64,000 nt of DNA, taken from IMG/VR virus record IMGVR_UViG_3300023276_000007, positions 1-64,000 of that record; one strand, written 5' to 3'. The notes beneath the pieces were generated by a model. That model was given only the letters and a program-made list of their open reading frames with translations, had not been told where the DNA came from and searched no databases. Shown in pieces: positions 26,389 to 36,595 of this stretch (the stretch's first letter is position 1; each line of letters starts with the position of its first letter). This DNA is from a virus. The translations under genes and the position numbers were made by a program.

Positions 26389-28701
26389 ATGAATTTCAAT
26401 GACTTACTTGTCGATGAAAGTGTGCTGACAAAGCTCGCAGTCGAAGGACCTAACCAACAGCAGGTCGAGCAAGATTTCGGAAAAATGGCTTATGCCTTCT
26501 TGAAGGATAGAGCACCTAGCCTCATTACACACCTAATTGGGTTTGAAGTAGTTGAGGCAGAACCAGATGGGTCCCGAGCTGTAGGCCTTTTCGGTTTCGA
26601 CGTAGGTGGTAGATACTTCTATGTCCCAACGTTCTTCCTAAGTAATCAGATTAAAGGTATGGATCTTCTTTATGATAAAGAAGCCGACATGTTCTACCCT
26701 TTAAGAGAGAACTGGATCAACCACATTCTTAATAAGCAGACTATACAGTTAGGCGATGCCGCCCAACCAGGAGTCTCCCAGGATTTCGATACACCAGATT
26801 TTACAGCCATTTCAGATCCCCCAGTCGGCGGATCAACAAAACTTTCAGCTCATCAAGTAGGCCACGACCTAGCGGCTACTTGGAATCAGATACAGAAGAC
26901 TGTCGCTGACTCACTTGAGAATGATGACGCCTTTAAGTCAGCGTATGCAAATGCTGTACTTACTATGAAAGGTGAGCCTAACATTAAAGAAGCCAGTTTC
27001 CTTACCGACTTTATCGAGCATAAAGGCGGACCTAAGATGGCAGCAGCAGTTGCGCAGTCTTTACAGGACATCAACTTCATCAAAGCAGCAGCTGTGTTCT
27101 ATGAGCCTAGCGAACTATTGATTAATGACTTCAGTGAGGCACTAGCCCCTAAAGAAGCTAAGTCTGTTAAAATCGTTACAAGAGAACTTGTCGACGATTA
27201 CAGTAAGGACATGGATGATGATGACCGTACTCGTATCGTTGAAGACGGATTCACTCTTACAGATAACCGTGAAAAGGCTAATAAGTCAGACGTTTATACT
27301 GTTGACTATGCTAGCTCGCTACAGAATCCAGATTACTCTGGTGAATGTGACGTAGTTCTTTCAAGTGGTATCTGTACCCCTTGTTATGTAGCAACTACAC
27401 CTTTTGGCGCAACTAGCCCAGGACAAGTCTTAGTTATCAGTAAAGATACTAAGAGATTCTTCACAGCACATGAAAGAGTTGTTTTCGTAAGAGACGCCCT
27501 TAATGAGTCCGACAAGACTAATGCCCCTCTTTATAAAGGAGCTGTTGAGGTTGGAGACATGGAGCTTGATGCTACTTATGTACTTGTTAAGGAAAATGGA
27601 CAAACGTCTATACCTTTCAAGACTAGATCAATTACCTCAGAAGACGGCGATGATGTCCGTATCAGAGTTAACTGGATTAACAACTTAGACTTCGGTGACG
27701 ACTACGAGGGTACTGACTACCCAAGAGCGCACATTGCAGAAGCTAACCCTAGCTGCCTACCTTCTTACGGGGAAAGTTCTATTATACCTGTAGATCGTAT
27801 TGGTGGTTTAAGAGTATCCTCTAGAAATATGATTGTGCCTACTGAAACCTGGAAAGCTGTTAAGCTTACAGAGAAGAGACACAGCTCTATGGAAGGTAAG
27901 GTATTCTCACCAGGAACTTATTCAGAAGTTAAAGAAAATTTACTTAAGATGGCTTATCATGACGTTGTCATTGAGTCTATGGGTGAAGGCGTTGGTTACA
28001 ACATCAGTATTGACGGTTCTGTAGTCCAAGACAACCTAGATGCTAAAGAAGCGTCATTAGCGATTGCTAGAGACCTTGGTATCGATGCAGGTGAAACGCT
28101 AGCTATCATGGACGAGGTCAAACAGGCCGGAGCTACTAATAGACTAGTTAAGTTTGCTCAGCAGGTTTCTATGCCGGAAGTACCTCCACAGTATGTCGGT
28201 TACGACGCACACACTGGAGTACCTATCCATCCAGCACAGATTGACAGAGTAGAAGGCTCAACAGAACCATATACACCACCATACGTAGGACCTGGCGACA
28301 GTATCTACATGGGCGGTGAAGGTGAAAGACAGCAGCAGTCTGCACAAGGACAAGGCGGACCTAGCCCTACTGAATTATCACAGCAGGCAGCAGCAGCTGG
28401 CCAGCAACAAGTATTTGACCATAGTGTCGTCGGCGGTCTAGCGCAGACTTATGATGTAAGCTTTGCAGTCGACAGTTACGTCCCGGACCTTCTTAAGTGT
28501 CTAGACCGTATCGGTAGAATCTTATTCTTATTCTACTGGAAGAACGTCGACTTCGCAGAACGCTATGGCGATCAAGACCTTACCGCAATGGAAGATCAGC
28601 TACGAGGTGTCTTTAAGTCACTTGGCGATCTATCATTGAAGCTTAAGCAAAAGACTATTGACGCCGAAGGTACGGAGTTCGTAGACGGAGGAGCTATCTA
28701 A
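26389..28701 (+). CDS. large putative internal head protein
   Basis: 770 aa, GGAG RBS; TKLA, KEA, KAA, KMA, KFA motifs; position in the head cluster. Confidence 0.65.
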   Translation: MNFNDLLVDESVLTKLAVEGPNQQQVEQDFGKMAYAFLKDRAPSLITHLIGFEVVEAEPDGSRAVGLFGFDVGGRYFYVPTFFLSNQIKGMDLLYDKEADMFYPLRENWINHILNKQTIQLGDAAQPGVSQDFDTPDFTAISDPPVGGSTKLSAHQVGHDLAATWNQIQKTVADSLENDDAFKSAYANAVLTMKGEPNIKEASFLTDFIEHKGGPKMAAAVAQSLQDINFIKAAAVFYEPSELLINDFSEALAPKEAKSVKIVTRELVDDYSKDMDDDDRTRIVEDGFTLTDNREKANKSDVYTVDYASSLQNPDYSGECDVVLSSGICTPCYVATTPFGATSPGQVLVISKDTKRFFTAHERVVFVRDALNESDKTNAPLYKGAVEVGDMELDATYVLVKENGQTSIPFKTRSITSEDGDDVRIRVNWINNLDFGDDYEGTDYPRAHIAEANPSCLPSYGESSIIPVDRIGGLRVSSRNMIVPTETWKAVKLTEKRHSSMEGKVFSPGTYSEVKENLLKMAYHDVVIESMGEGVGYNISIDGSVVQDNLDAKEASLAIARDLGIDAGETLAIMDEVKQAGATNRLVKFAQQVSMPEVPPQYVGYDAHTGVPIHPAQIDRVEGSTEPYTPPYVGPGDSIYMGGEGERQQQSAQGQGGPSPTELSQQAAAAGQQQVFDHSVVGGLAQTYDVSFAVDSYVPDLLKCLDRIGRILFLFYWKNVDFAERYGDQDLTAMEDQLRGVFKSLGDLSLKLKQKTIDAEGTEFVDGGAI

Positions 28702-29741
28702 TGGATGCAGTACTCGTTAAAGTAGCTTTCATGCGAGGGGTCTTTGAAGACTCCTGTCGTATACCAACTAGAGCAGAGCTCAATTATGTGTCAGGCTTTT
28801 ATGATAAGCTTGCCTCTGTAACTATGCCTTTTGAAAAAACGGCAGCTGAGTCTATTGACTTTAACGAGTACCTCGACACCGCCTATGCAGTTATGTGTAA
28901 AGAGGCAGGAGCCTGGGACTGGTTTAAGCGTAAAGCTAAGGCAGTAGGTAATACTGTTTATAATGCAGCAGCCGACGCAGGTGATGCTATCGATAAAGGC
29001 TTTAATAAGGTTCATGACTACCTCGGTGATAAAATACACCAAACAGGCGTGTTTGACGGTGGCGGTAACAAACTTACTAACGCCCTAGCAGACTACGGTA
29101 ACAAAGGTTACCAAGGTATATTAGGGGATACTCTAAAAACCATGGGAACCGTGGCTACTTTAGGTTATGGTGGAGCAGCATTAGGCGCTGGTCGTGGTCT
29201 GGCAGCAGCTAGAGGACTTGCACCTAGAGTTTTATCATCAGCTAGAGGCCTTGCCCCTAGAGCCTTATCAGGTATGAAGAACATCGCTAGCGGTGCGAAG
29301 AATCTTGTAGGTAGAGGCCTGAGTAAGATGAAGAATTGGTGGAGAGGCGGTAAAGGTGGTCAAGGAGCTACTAATGCTGCTGATAAGCTTTCTAAGATGC
29401 AGCAGGCGAAGAAGTGGGGCGGTAGAGCTCTGAACACTTATTTCGTAGGCGATGCGGTGAATTCTCTTGGTAAGGGTATGGGTTGGTGGGGCGGAGCACC
29501 AGGACAACAACAGCCAGGACAACAACAAGCTATGGCAGGTGCCGCAGGACAAGGTCCAGCAGCACAAGGTCAGATTCAACAAGGACCTCGCGGTGTAGGA
29601 ATGTCAGGTGCAGCAGGCGCCGGTGGTATGGGGCTGGGTTCAGCACCTACAGCACCTAAAAATGACGCACGCTACAGTGGGTTCTTAAACAAGTTTAAAC
29701 TTGGCGCAGGTGCCGGCGGTAAAGGGAGCTTCTTCAAATGA
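28701..29741 (+). CDS. Gly/Lys-rich amphipathic putative virion protein
   Basis: KVA/KLA/KTA/KEA-rich N-terminus, then GAWDWFKRKAKAVG; tandem ARGLAPR repeat. Confidence 0.65.
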   Translation: MDAVLVKVAFMRGVFEDSCRIPTRAELNYVSGFYDKLASVTMPFEKTAAESIDFNEYLDTAYAVMCKEAGAWDWFKRKAKAVGNTVYNAAADAGDAIDKGFNKVHDYLGDKIHQTGVFDGGGNKLTNALADYGNKGYQGILGDTLKTMGTVATLGYGGAALGAGRGLAAARGLAPRVLSSARGLAPRALSGMKNIASGAKNLVGRGLSKMKNWWRGGKGGQGATNAADKLSKMQQAKKWGGRALNTYFVGDAVNSLGKGMGWWGGAPGQQQPGQQQAMAGAAGQGPAAQGQIQQGPRGVGMSGAAGAGGMGLGSAPTAPKNDARYSGFLNKFKLGAGAGGKGSFFK

Positions 29742-30166
29742 CAGACGAGAAGTACGTAGAGTATCACAAACAGGGTTTTATGGATAAGTGTGCTAGCGCA
29801 GGCCTTACTCAGGAACAGTCGGATGAACTCTATAAACAAGCAAATCCGTTTTTGACAATAGGCAAAGGGCTCTGGAACGCAGGTAAGAAGTTTCTTGGAA
29901 GCGGCGCTAGTAAAGGTAAGGACGCCCTTAAGTGGGTAGGTAAGAATAAAGGCAAGACAGCCCTAAACACGGCAATGTACGGACCACTTGCTTACCAAGG
30001 CATAAACATGGCAGGTAATGCTATGGGCCTCTGGGGTGGCGACGGACAACCACAACAACAACCTGGAGCCGCAGGACCACAAGGACCTCAACTACCACAA
30101 CGGGGCTACGGACAAGCTAAATTAAATGTTAGAGGAATGGGTGGCATAACGCCATACCTGACGTAA
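29738..30166 (+). CDS. GF-leader amphipathic protein (partial paralogue of 28701)
   Basis: YHKQGFMDKCASAGL...YKQA then NPFLTIGKGLWNAGKKFLG; shares the KW.G..ALNT...MG.WGG..Q-rich segment with 28701. Confidence 0.7.
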   Translation: MTDEKYVEYHKQGFMDKCASAGLTQEQSDELYKQANPFLTIGKGLWNAGKKFLGSGASKGKDALKWVGKNKGKTALNTAMYGPLAYQGINMAGNAMGLWGGDGQPQQQPGAAGPQGPQLPQRGYGQAKLNVRGMGGITPYLT

Positions 30167-30194
30167 CTTATTTATTACGATAGGAGTAAGATAA

Positions 30195-31577
30195 ATGTTT
30201 AAAGACCGATTAATGGAAGCCCTAGATAGCGCAGTCAGCCACTTCAATGGTGGTCTTGATGACAACGCTTCTGTTGTGAAAGCAGCTTCCGACTATGATT
30301 TCAATAAGGATCAGACGCTAAGACTTATGGAGACGTATAACACTGCGAAGACTATAAGTTTCCTTAAGACAGCCGACGATAGGAGCCAAAACTTTTCTAC
30401 AGCCAAGCCAGACGATGTACTTCCTGCGTTATTCGATGCAGATGAAATACTTAAGTCAGCGGCTCCAGTAGAACACCATGACTATTCTTTCTATACAGAA
30501 GCACCAGAACATCAGAAGGTGGCCGGAGACTATTCTATTCTCGATAAGGCTGCTGCGGAGTTCAGCGACGACAGCCTTGAAAGCGTAAGCCACTATGCCC
30601 TACATAGAATAGGCGAGCTTAAGAAGACTGCAGGTTTCTGTGAGGACCAAAAAATTATGACTGGGGAAGTTTATGATAGAACTCTCCAAAAGATCGCACA
30701 GCACCTTAAACCAGATTACCTTGAAGAGTCTCTATTCCCACAAGCGGAAGTAGCCCTACACGTTATGTATAAGGATGCCGGAGATCACATAGCAGAAGAG
30801 CTTATGGCTTACCTACCTGCTGATACTAAGAGAGCGAACGCCCGTGATAAGGCAGTACGCATTTCTATCTTCGACGTTGAGCACCCAAGTCTTAATGGAC
30901 TACTTAAGGATGCACATGACTGTAGAACTCAATGGAGTAAGTTCGCTTCTCTAGAGCAGCACTACAATACCGAGTCTAAATCTTATGAAAAAGGATTTAA
31001 GAGAGCTATGCACCTCGAAACCGAAGACACAGACGCCTTCGATGAGATTAACGATATTTTTACTGAAGACTTCGCATCTGGGCTGAAGTCTGCACAAGAA
31101 GCCTCAGCCTCAAGTAGCACACTAGGTAACGTCACAGGCGACACCGCAGAAGCAGCTACTGCCGGATTAGGGTTAGCCCAGAAAGGCCTAGCTACTGTAG
31201 CTGACAAAGCAACCAGTATGGTTCCCATGCCAAAGGTTGACGTAGCAGGTGCACTAGCTAATCCGAAAGCACGAGAAGCTAAAGGCACTGCTAACAAGAT
31301 GAAGAATCTACAGCGCCAACTTATACTTGAAGAACTTATGGTGACAGATCCAGTACTTAAGGGTGAGAATCCTGACTCTGTTTCTAGAGCCTACCAAACA
31401 CTTATACAAATAGCCCCAGACGTTTCTCTTAATAGAGAAGTTGCGAGGTCTATCTTACGACAGTCTGTACAGTCTGTGGCAGTAAGTCCTTACGATGCTA
31501 AGTCTTGGTCTGACCTTGAAAATGAAATGCGTAAGAGACTGAAGCAGGGCGCGTCGGTACAGGAGACAGCAAGATGA
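30195..31577 (+). CDS. putative internal head protein rich in K-x-A
   Basis: 460 aa, at least 12 K-x-A motifs by hand count. Confidence 0.65.
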   Translation: MFKDRLMEALDSAVSHFNGGLDDNASVVKAASDYDFNKDQTLRLMETYNTAKTISFLKTADDRSQNFSTAKPDDVLPALFDADEILKSAAPVEHHDYSFYTEAPEHQKVAGDYSILDKAAAEFSDDSLESVSHYALHRIGELKKTAGFCEDQKIMTGEVYDRTLQKIAQHLKPDYLEESLFPQAEVALHVMYKDAGDHIAEELMAYLPADTKRANARDKAVRISIFDVEHPSLNGLLKDAHDCRTQWSKFASLEQHYNTESKSYEKGFKRAMHLETEDTDAFDEINDIFTEDFASGLKSAQEASASSSTLGNVTGDTAEAATAGLGLAQKGLATVADKATSMVPMPKVDVAGALANPKAREAKGTANKMKNLQRQLILEELMVTDPVLKGENPDSVSRAYQTLIQIAPDVSLNREVARSILRQSVQSVAVSPYDAKSWSDLENEMRKRLKQGASVQETAR

Positions 31578-32596
31578 AGATCCGCACCTTTAAAGAAATA
31601 GAGAACGGTGTCTACAAAGTTAAGATTCATGCAGAAGACTATAGTGAGCTTGAGAATGAACTCATGGCCAACTATGGAGAGCCTGAGATAAACACAGGCG
31701 GTTACTATGAAGCGGCAGCAGCAGTTGCGGCTTTACTTGATCTTAGCTTTATAGCCAATCCGGCGTCTACAGGGTTTGTAGCTGGCTTTGGTGATGTACT
31801 ATTCGTAGCTAACCCCTCGGAAGATGATACTGTTACAATCGGCGACGGAACCAACTCGGTCATATTTGAGTTCGGCACCTCCCTCACCGTAGGCGATGTC
31901 CTTGTCGATAACTCTGTAGACGCCCCCACTACTTTAGCAAACCTAGAAACAGCTATTGGGGCAAGCGCTCTTACAGTAAGTACTGTTATAAACGCAGGAA
32001 CAATTACAATTACTCACACCGATGCATGGGCTGACGTCACTATGGCGACAAGCAATGCAGTCGATATCACAGTATCAGACACGGCACATGTAGCTCCTCT
32101 CAATACGACGGTTAACATCAACGATGGTACTAACACTGTTATCTTTGAGATTAAACGATCTACAGAACCTTTGATCAACCTTAATGCGTTACCTGTCGAC
32201 AATGATACTGACGCAGCTACAACTCTTGCAGCTTTTGATACAGCAGTACAGGGCAGTACGTTAAACGTAGCTACTGATATAGCTGGTAGCATTTTGACTT
32301 TGACACATGTACTAACCGATGCTAACTTTATTGCAAGTACTTTAGATGGAGACGTTTCGCTAGTTGATACATCATTCGTTCCGCCAACAGAGCCAACATT
32401 TACTCTGCCGGACAATCTAGAGTTGATTAAGTCCGATTCACCCTTTGCACAAGGGTTTGATGAAAGAGACAGCGCGGATGCAGAAGCTAGGGCTGACTTA
32501 TGGACAGCAGAGGTTACAACTAAGCTTAAGGCCGCAGTAACTGCCCTGAGAGCTTTAGACGACACATTTACTGGCGAAACCGTGGAGACATATTAA
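31574..32596 (+). CDS. virion structural protein with two inserted beta-rich repeat modules
   Basis: Two copies of TV.I.DGTN.VIFE...TTLA....A.; a related module is inserted in the tail sheath. Confidence 0.65.
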   Translation: MKIRTFKEIENGVYKVKIHAEDYSELENELMANYGEPEINTGGYYEAAAAVAALLDLSFIANPASTGFVAGFGDVLFVANPSEDDTVTIGDGTNSVIFEFGTSLTVGDVLVDNSVDAPTTLANLETAIGASALTVSTVINAGTITITHTDAWADVTMATSNAVDITVSDTAHVAPLNTTVNINDGTNTVIFEIKRSTEPLINLNALPVDNDTDAATTLAAFDTAVQGSTLNVATDIAGSILTLTHVLTDANFIASTLDGDVSLVDTSFVPPTEPTFTLPDNLELIKSDSPFAQGFDERDSADAEARADLWTAEVTTKLKAAVTALRALDDTFTGETVETY

Positions 32597-32598
32597 TA

Positions 32599-33402
32599 AT
32601 GGATAAAGAAGCACAGATAGTAGAAGCCCTACAAGGCGCAGGCTCTAGTATTATGGACTCCCTAAAGAATGCCCCTGACAAGGTATCCGAATTCTGGGGC
32701 GGCTTATCAGATGCTCAAAAATCTACCGTACTAAATTCTTTAGCTGGAGCTGCCGCAGGTGGACTTGGTTCTGGCTTATTAGGTGGTGGGCTAGGAGACT
32801 CAGCAGTCGCAGCACTACTAGGTGGTGGCGGAGCTGCTGGACTTACAATGGGATACAATTCACTATTCGGTGATTCTAGACTTCCATCTGAAGTTGCAAA
32901 TAGTCCTGGACTCATTGACAGATCCCTAAGCACAGTAGGCAACCCTGTACTAGGTAATCCTGGTACTTCTATCGGAGGTGCTCTTGGTGCCTGGATAGCA
33001 GGTAAGCATGGCGGACTACCTTTCTCTGATAAAGGAACTGTAGAAGGATTCGAGCAATGGGCTAATGAAGCCAAAAATCGTAAAGTCCCTACAAAAGCAA
33101 ACCTCGGACTAGGTAAAGACATTGATGCTAAAAAACTTTTAGGTAAAATTAGAGATGCTGCAGGAACAGGCAGTGCTTTAGATCCTGAAGCAAGAGGTTT
33201 TAAAAACCTTGCCAAAAGAATTCTTTCCGGAGACTTCGGTGCGGTACTAGATCCTCAGTTAGGTACTAGAGGTATACTAGAGCAAGCCACACAAGGTACA
33301 GGAGCTTCTAGGTTCATGCCTAACAGAGCTGCTTGGATGGCGTTACCAGCAGGCTTAGCTGCCGGTGCTATGGCAGATAAATATGTACAGGGAGAGTTAT
33401 AA
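32599..33402 (+). CDS. glycine-zipper putative virion membrane protein
   Basis: MDKEA N-terminus; several GxxxG hydrophobic helices. Confidence 0.65.
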   Translation: MDKEAQIVEALQGAGSSIMDSLKNAPDKVSEFWGGLSDAQKSTVLNSLAGAAAGGLGSGLLGGGLGDSAVAALLGGGGAAGLTMGYNSLFGDSRLPSEVANSPGLIDRSLSTVGNPVLGNPGTSIGGALGAWIAGKHGGLPFSDKGTVEGFEQWANEAKNRKVPTKANLGLGKDIDAKKLLGKIRDAAGTGSALDPEARGFKNLAKRILSGDFGAVLDPQLGTRGILEQATQGTGASRFMPNRAAWMALPAGLAAGAMADKYVQGEL

Positions 33403-34847
33403 TGAGCGGGATGACCAAACTGATCTATAACGACAGTATGATAGACAGTAACTCTGAGTTCAGTATCCGTATCGTAGAAGATACCTCTACCCTAACAAAA
33501 CAAGCTTCTGTCTTTTCTAAAGTAGCAAAAGACATCCAGCCAGATAAAGATCATGTAGGCATACACGTCATAGCACTTGGTGAGTCCGAGCGTTATGGTT
33601 TCAATAGAAATGGTGATGCCTTCACTAAGAAAGCCTGTATCGAATCTCACCCTACCTTTGTTAAGCATGGTCATGTATATGAGCATCACCAGAACAAAGA
33701 CCCCGAGAAGAAGCTAGGGGACATCGTTAAGTCTGCCTACAATGAAGATATGGGTCGTATAGAACTATTCATACATGCACATAAAGACAAGGCCGAGACG
33801 CACCTGAACAAGCTGGCATCTAGTGGTGAAGTACCAGTGTCTATGGCATGTAGAGTAAAGGAAGACCGCTGCTCCGTATGTGACCAGCTAAGATCTTCTA
33901 GCAAAGACCCTCGCCAGTGTTCTCATATAGCTATGAGTCTAGGTAAGACTGCAGAAGACGGTCAGGTCATTGGTACATATAATGACCACCCTAAATTTTT
34001 TGATATTAGTTTCGTCTATCGTCCAGCAGACAGAATTGCTTGGAACCTTAATAAGACAGCCAGCGCCGCAGGTGTTGATAGTGTTAAACTAGCAGAGGAC
34101 GCAGGTTTGTGGACTCCGCCAGAACTTATTATGGAAGACGGCGCACCTTTTGATAAGCTTGATATCTTGAAGAAGATGGCAAGCTTTGAAGATAAGTACC
34201 GCAGCATTGCACAGAGAGGACCTCAAGACCCTTGGGAAACTCAAATGTGGGAGCTACGTAAAGCCGCTTATGCAACATCAGTACCTGATGCTTATATAAG
34301 TGACCTGCGTAGGTACGAGCCCGAAGATGTACTTTCCAATTTGGCGAGGAACAAGGTTATACTTGATCCGGAATCTTATTGCAAGTACGCTATGGGTATA
34401 GACCTAGGCCAATTGCGTCCGCATTTGGGTGAGGTTAAGAAGGCCTGTGATGGACTCTTTACTAGATTGTTAAAAGAAGGTAAGGCGTATGAGGTTTGTA
34501 GTGACAGTTACTATGACTTTATAACACCATCGAAGTATGTAATACCGCAAGCAAGTACACTGGACGCTAAGGTGGCAATGGTTAAAAGTGCGTCGTCTTT
34601 CTCAGATGACTACGTATTTAAACGTGCTGTTGATGCAACCGCTTCAGGTTTGAATCCACAACTTAGTTGTAAAAGTGTACCATCAAGTACTATTTCTCAG
34701 GTTGCAAAAGTTGTGTCGGAGAAGTATGCTAGTTATAAACTGGCGAGTATTAACGCGATGCGGTATTTCCACCCATCTGAAAGTGTGGACCGCCAATTAG
34801 CCATATTGGCTGTTCAAAGCATGTTTAAGCAAGAATCAGGAGACTAG
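33402..34847 (+). CDS. prohead (maturation) serine protease with C-terminal extension
   Basis: NRNGDAF, VYEHH (His), VSMAC (Ser), FFDISFVYRPAD resemble the HK97/assemblin-type fold; immediately upstream of scaffold and capsid genes. Confidence 0.75.
   Translation: MSGMTKLIYNDSMIDSNSEFSIRIVEDTSTLTKQASVFSKVAKDIQPDKDHVGIHVIALGESERYGFNRNGDAFTKKACIESHPTFVKHGHVYEHHQNKDPEKKLGDIVKSAYNEDMGRIELFIHAHKDKAETHLNKLASSGEVPVSMACRVKEDRCSVCDQLRSSSKDPRQCSHIAMSLGKTAEDGQVIGTYNDHPKFFDISFVYRPADRIAWNLNKTASAAGVDSVKLAEDAGLWTPPELIMEDGAPFDKLDILKKMASFEDKYRSIAQRGPQDPWETQMWELRKAAYATSVPDAYISDLRRYEPEDVLSNLARNKVILDPESYCKYAMGIDLGQLRPHLGEVKKACDGLFTRLLKEGKAYEVCSDSYYDFITPSKYVIPQASTLDAKVAMVKSASSFSDDYVFKRAVDATASGLNPQLSCKSVPSSTISQVAKVVSEKYASYKLASINAMRYFHPSESVDRQLAILAVQSMFKQESGD
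34702..34730 (+). promoter_or_regulatory. candidate internal sigma70-like promoter for the scaffold-capsid operon
   Basis: TTGCAA-N17-TATGCT inside the 3' end of the protease gene. Confidence 0.35.
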
Positions 34848-34852
34848 GATAA

Positions 34853-36160
34853 ATGTCCACTTCAAAAACAATGAATGAAATACTCGCAGACACTAAGCAA
34901 TTTCTTAGCATCAAAGAAGCGAGTTTTGGTAAACAGGCCAAGGAAGAAGCTTTGGATAACCCCAACAGCATCCCTGGATCTGCCCATGATAAGCCTGTAG
35001 ACGATGGTGCATCTGCGCCAGACAAAGAAGTCCAACAGGAATTACCCCCGAACACTGCAAATAGCAACGCTGGTGCTACTGAAGCTGAAAAGCTTGAGTC
35101 AGGCCATGCTACAGATGCTACACAAGCTGTTCAGGATGTAGCCAAGAAACCTATGGTCAGTAGCGACTCAAACGCTAAAGAAGCTTCAGCTGGTGTTAAT
35201 GCACATGCTCAAGACCTTATTGACCTTATCGGTAACTTCAACAGCGAGAAGACTGCTGCGAGATCAGCCGTTGACGTTTTGACAGACGAGAAGTGTTCCA
35301 AGTGTGATAAGGAAGACTGCGACTGTGAAAAAGAAGACGATTCTGATGACTCCAAGGAAGCTTCGCAGGAAGAGTCCAAGGAAGCTACTGTTGGTGGTGA
35401 AATCGAACTTAGCAGAGATGTACTCGCTAAGATCGCTTGTACAATCCTTTCTACTGAAGAAGGTGTAAATTTCACAGAAACAATTTTACAAAAAGAAGCT
35501 GGAGCTCAGGCTGCTAGAGACACTATGGAGTTTCTAAACAAGCAAGCTGAAGACTCTGAAAAACAAGCTGCATATGATGCCGGACAGGAACATGCTGACC
35601 AGTTGATTAATGAAGCTGTTAAACAAGCTGAAGATGCTAGATTTGAGCAAGCTTATGAAGCAGGTCGTAATGACGCGATTAAGTTGGCACAAGCTACTTC
35701 TCCAGACGGCTCTATCGATTATAAAGCTCTCGGCGCTACTGTTGCTGCCGAAGCTGTTAAAAGAGCACAAGCTGAATTGATGGGTATGGACCCAGCAGCT
35801 ATGGACTCTGGTATCGGCGCTGACGAAGCTTTAGCTGGCATGGCTGGCGAAGGTGAAGAAGCAGGTGACGATATCGCTCCTGAGGAACTTGAAGCGGCAT
35901 TAGCCATGATGGTTCAGAGTGGAGAACTCTCGGAAGAAGAAGTTGCAGCTATTATGTCGCAGATCGGAGCCTCTGAAGGCGCTGAAGAAGCGGGTGAAGC
36001 TGTAGGCGCTATCGAGGGAGCTGCTCCAGAAGGTTTAGGCGAACTAGAAGGACTTGAGGGACTTGAAGAAGCTCCTGCAGGTATGGAAGTCGCTGCATCC
36101 GCTAGTGTTGAGAAGAGCTTTCTAAACGCGCTAGCTACGGTTAGAGCCAACAGCAAGTAA
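34853..36160 (+). CDS. capsid scaffolding protein
   Basis: Acidic, Ala/Glu-rich helical protein between protease and capsid genes; 13 K-x-A motifs. Confidence 0.7.
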   Translation: MSTSKTMNEILADTKQFLSIKEASFGKQAKEEALDNPNSIPGSAHDKPVDDGASAPDKEVQQELPPNTANSNAGATEAEKLESGHATDATQAVQDVAKKPMVSSDSNAKEASAGVNAHAQDLIDLIGNFNSEKTAARSAVDVLTDEKCSKCDKEDCDCEKEDDSDDSKEASQEESKEATVGGEIELSRDVLAKIACTILSTEEGVNFTETILQKEAGAQAARDTMEFLNKQAEDSEKQAAYDAGQEHADQLINEAVKQAEDARFEQAYEAGRNDAIKLAQATSPDGSIDYKALGATVAAEAVKRAQAELMGMDPAAMDSGIGADEALAGMAGEGEEAGDDIAPEELEAALAMMVQSGELSEEEVAAIMSQIGASEGAEEAGEAVGAIEGAAPEGLGELEGLEGLEEAPAGMEVAASASVEKSFLNALATVRANSK

Positions 36161-36170
36161 GGAGCTTACC

Positions 36171-36572
36171 ATGAGCAATGATAAAAATTTAGAAGAGATC
36201 CTCGAAAAGAGCGCTGCTTATGTCGAAGAGAGTCAGAAAGAGATTAGTAATCTCAACGCTGCACTTTCTAAGCAAGCTAGCGAAAAGCTAACAGAAAAGA
36301 AAGCTTTTGATCTCCAGGCCCAACGCACCGCTGCCATCTTAGCAGATCGCGGCGTTATTGAAGCAACTAAAGTTAACGACTTTGTCGACAAGCTAGCCTC
36401 CTCTCCGGTAGAGGCCTTGAAGACACTTGAAAAGTTAGCTAAACTTTTAGGTACTTCTTCGTTGGGAGGACCCTCTGCGGTAAAGGAGGCTTCGGCCTCT
36501 ACGGACACATGTCCATTTGTAGCAGAATTATTTCCAGAGCTGGGTAACTCCCGTTCTGGATTGGTAGATTAA
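36171..36572 (+). CDS. small scaffold/core-like coiled-coil protein
   Basis: KSA, KQA, KLA, KEA motifs; AAGGAG RBS. Confidence 0.6.
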   Translation: MSNDKNLEEILEKSAAYVEESQKEISNLNAALSKQASEKLTEKKAFDLQAQRTAAILADRGVIEATKVNDFVDKLASSPVEALKTLEKLAKLLGTSSLGGPSAVKEASASTDTCPFVAELFPELGNSRSGLVD

Positions 36573-36595
36573 CATATTAAATTGAGGTAATTAAC

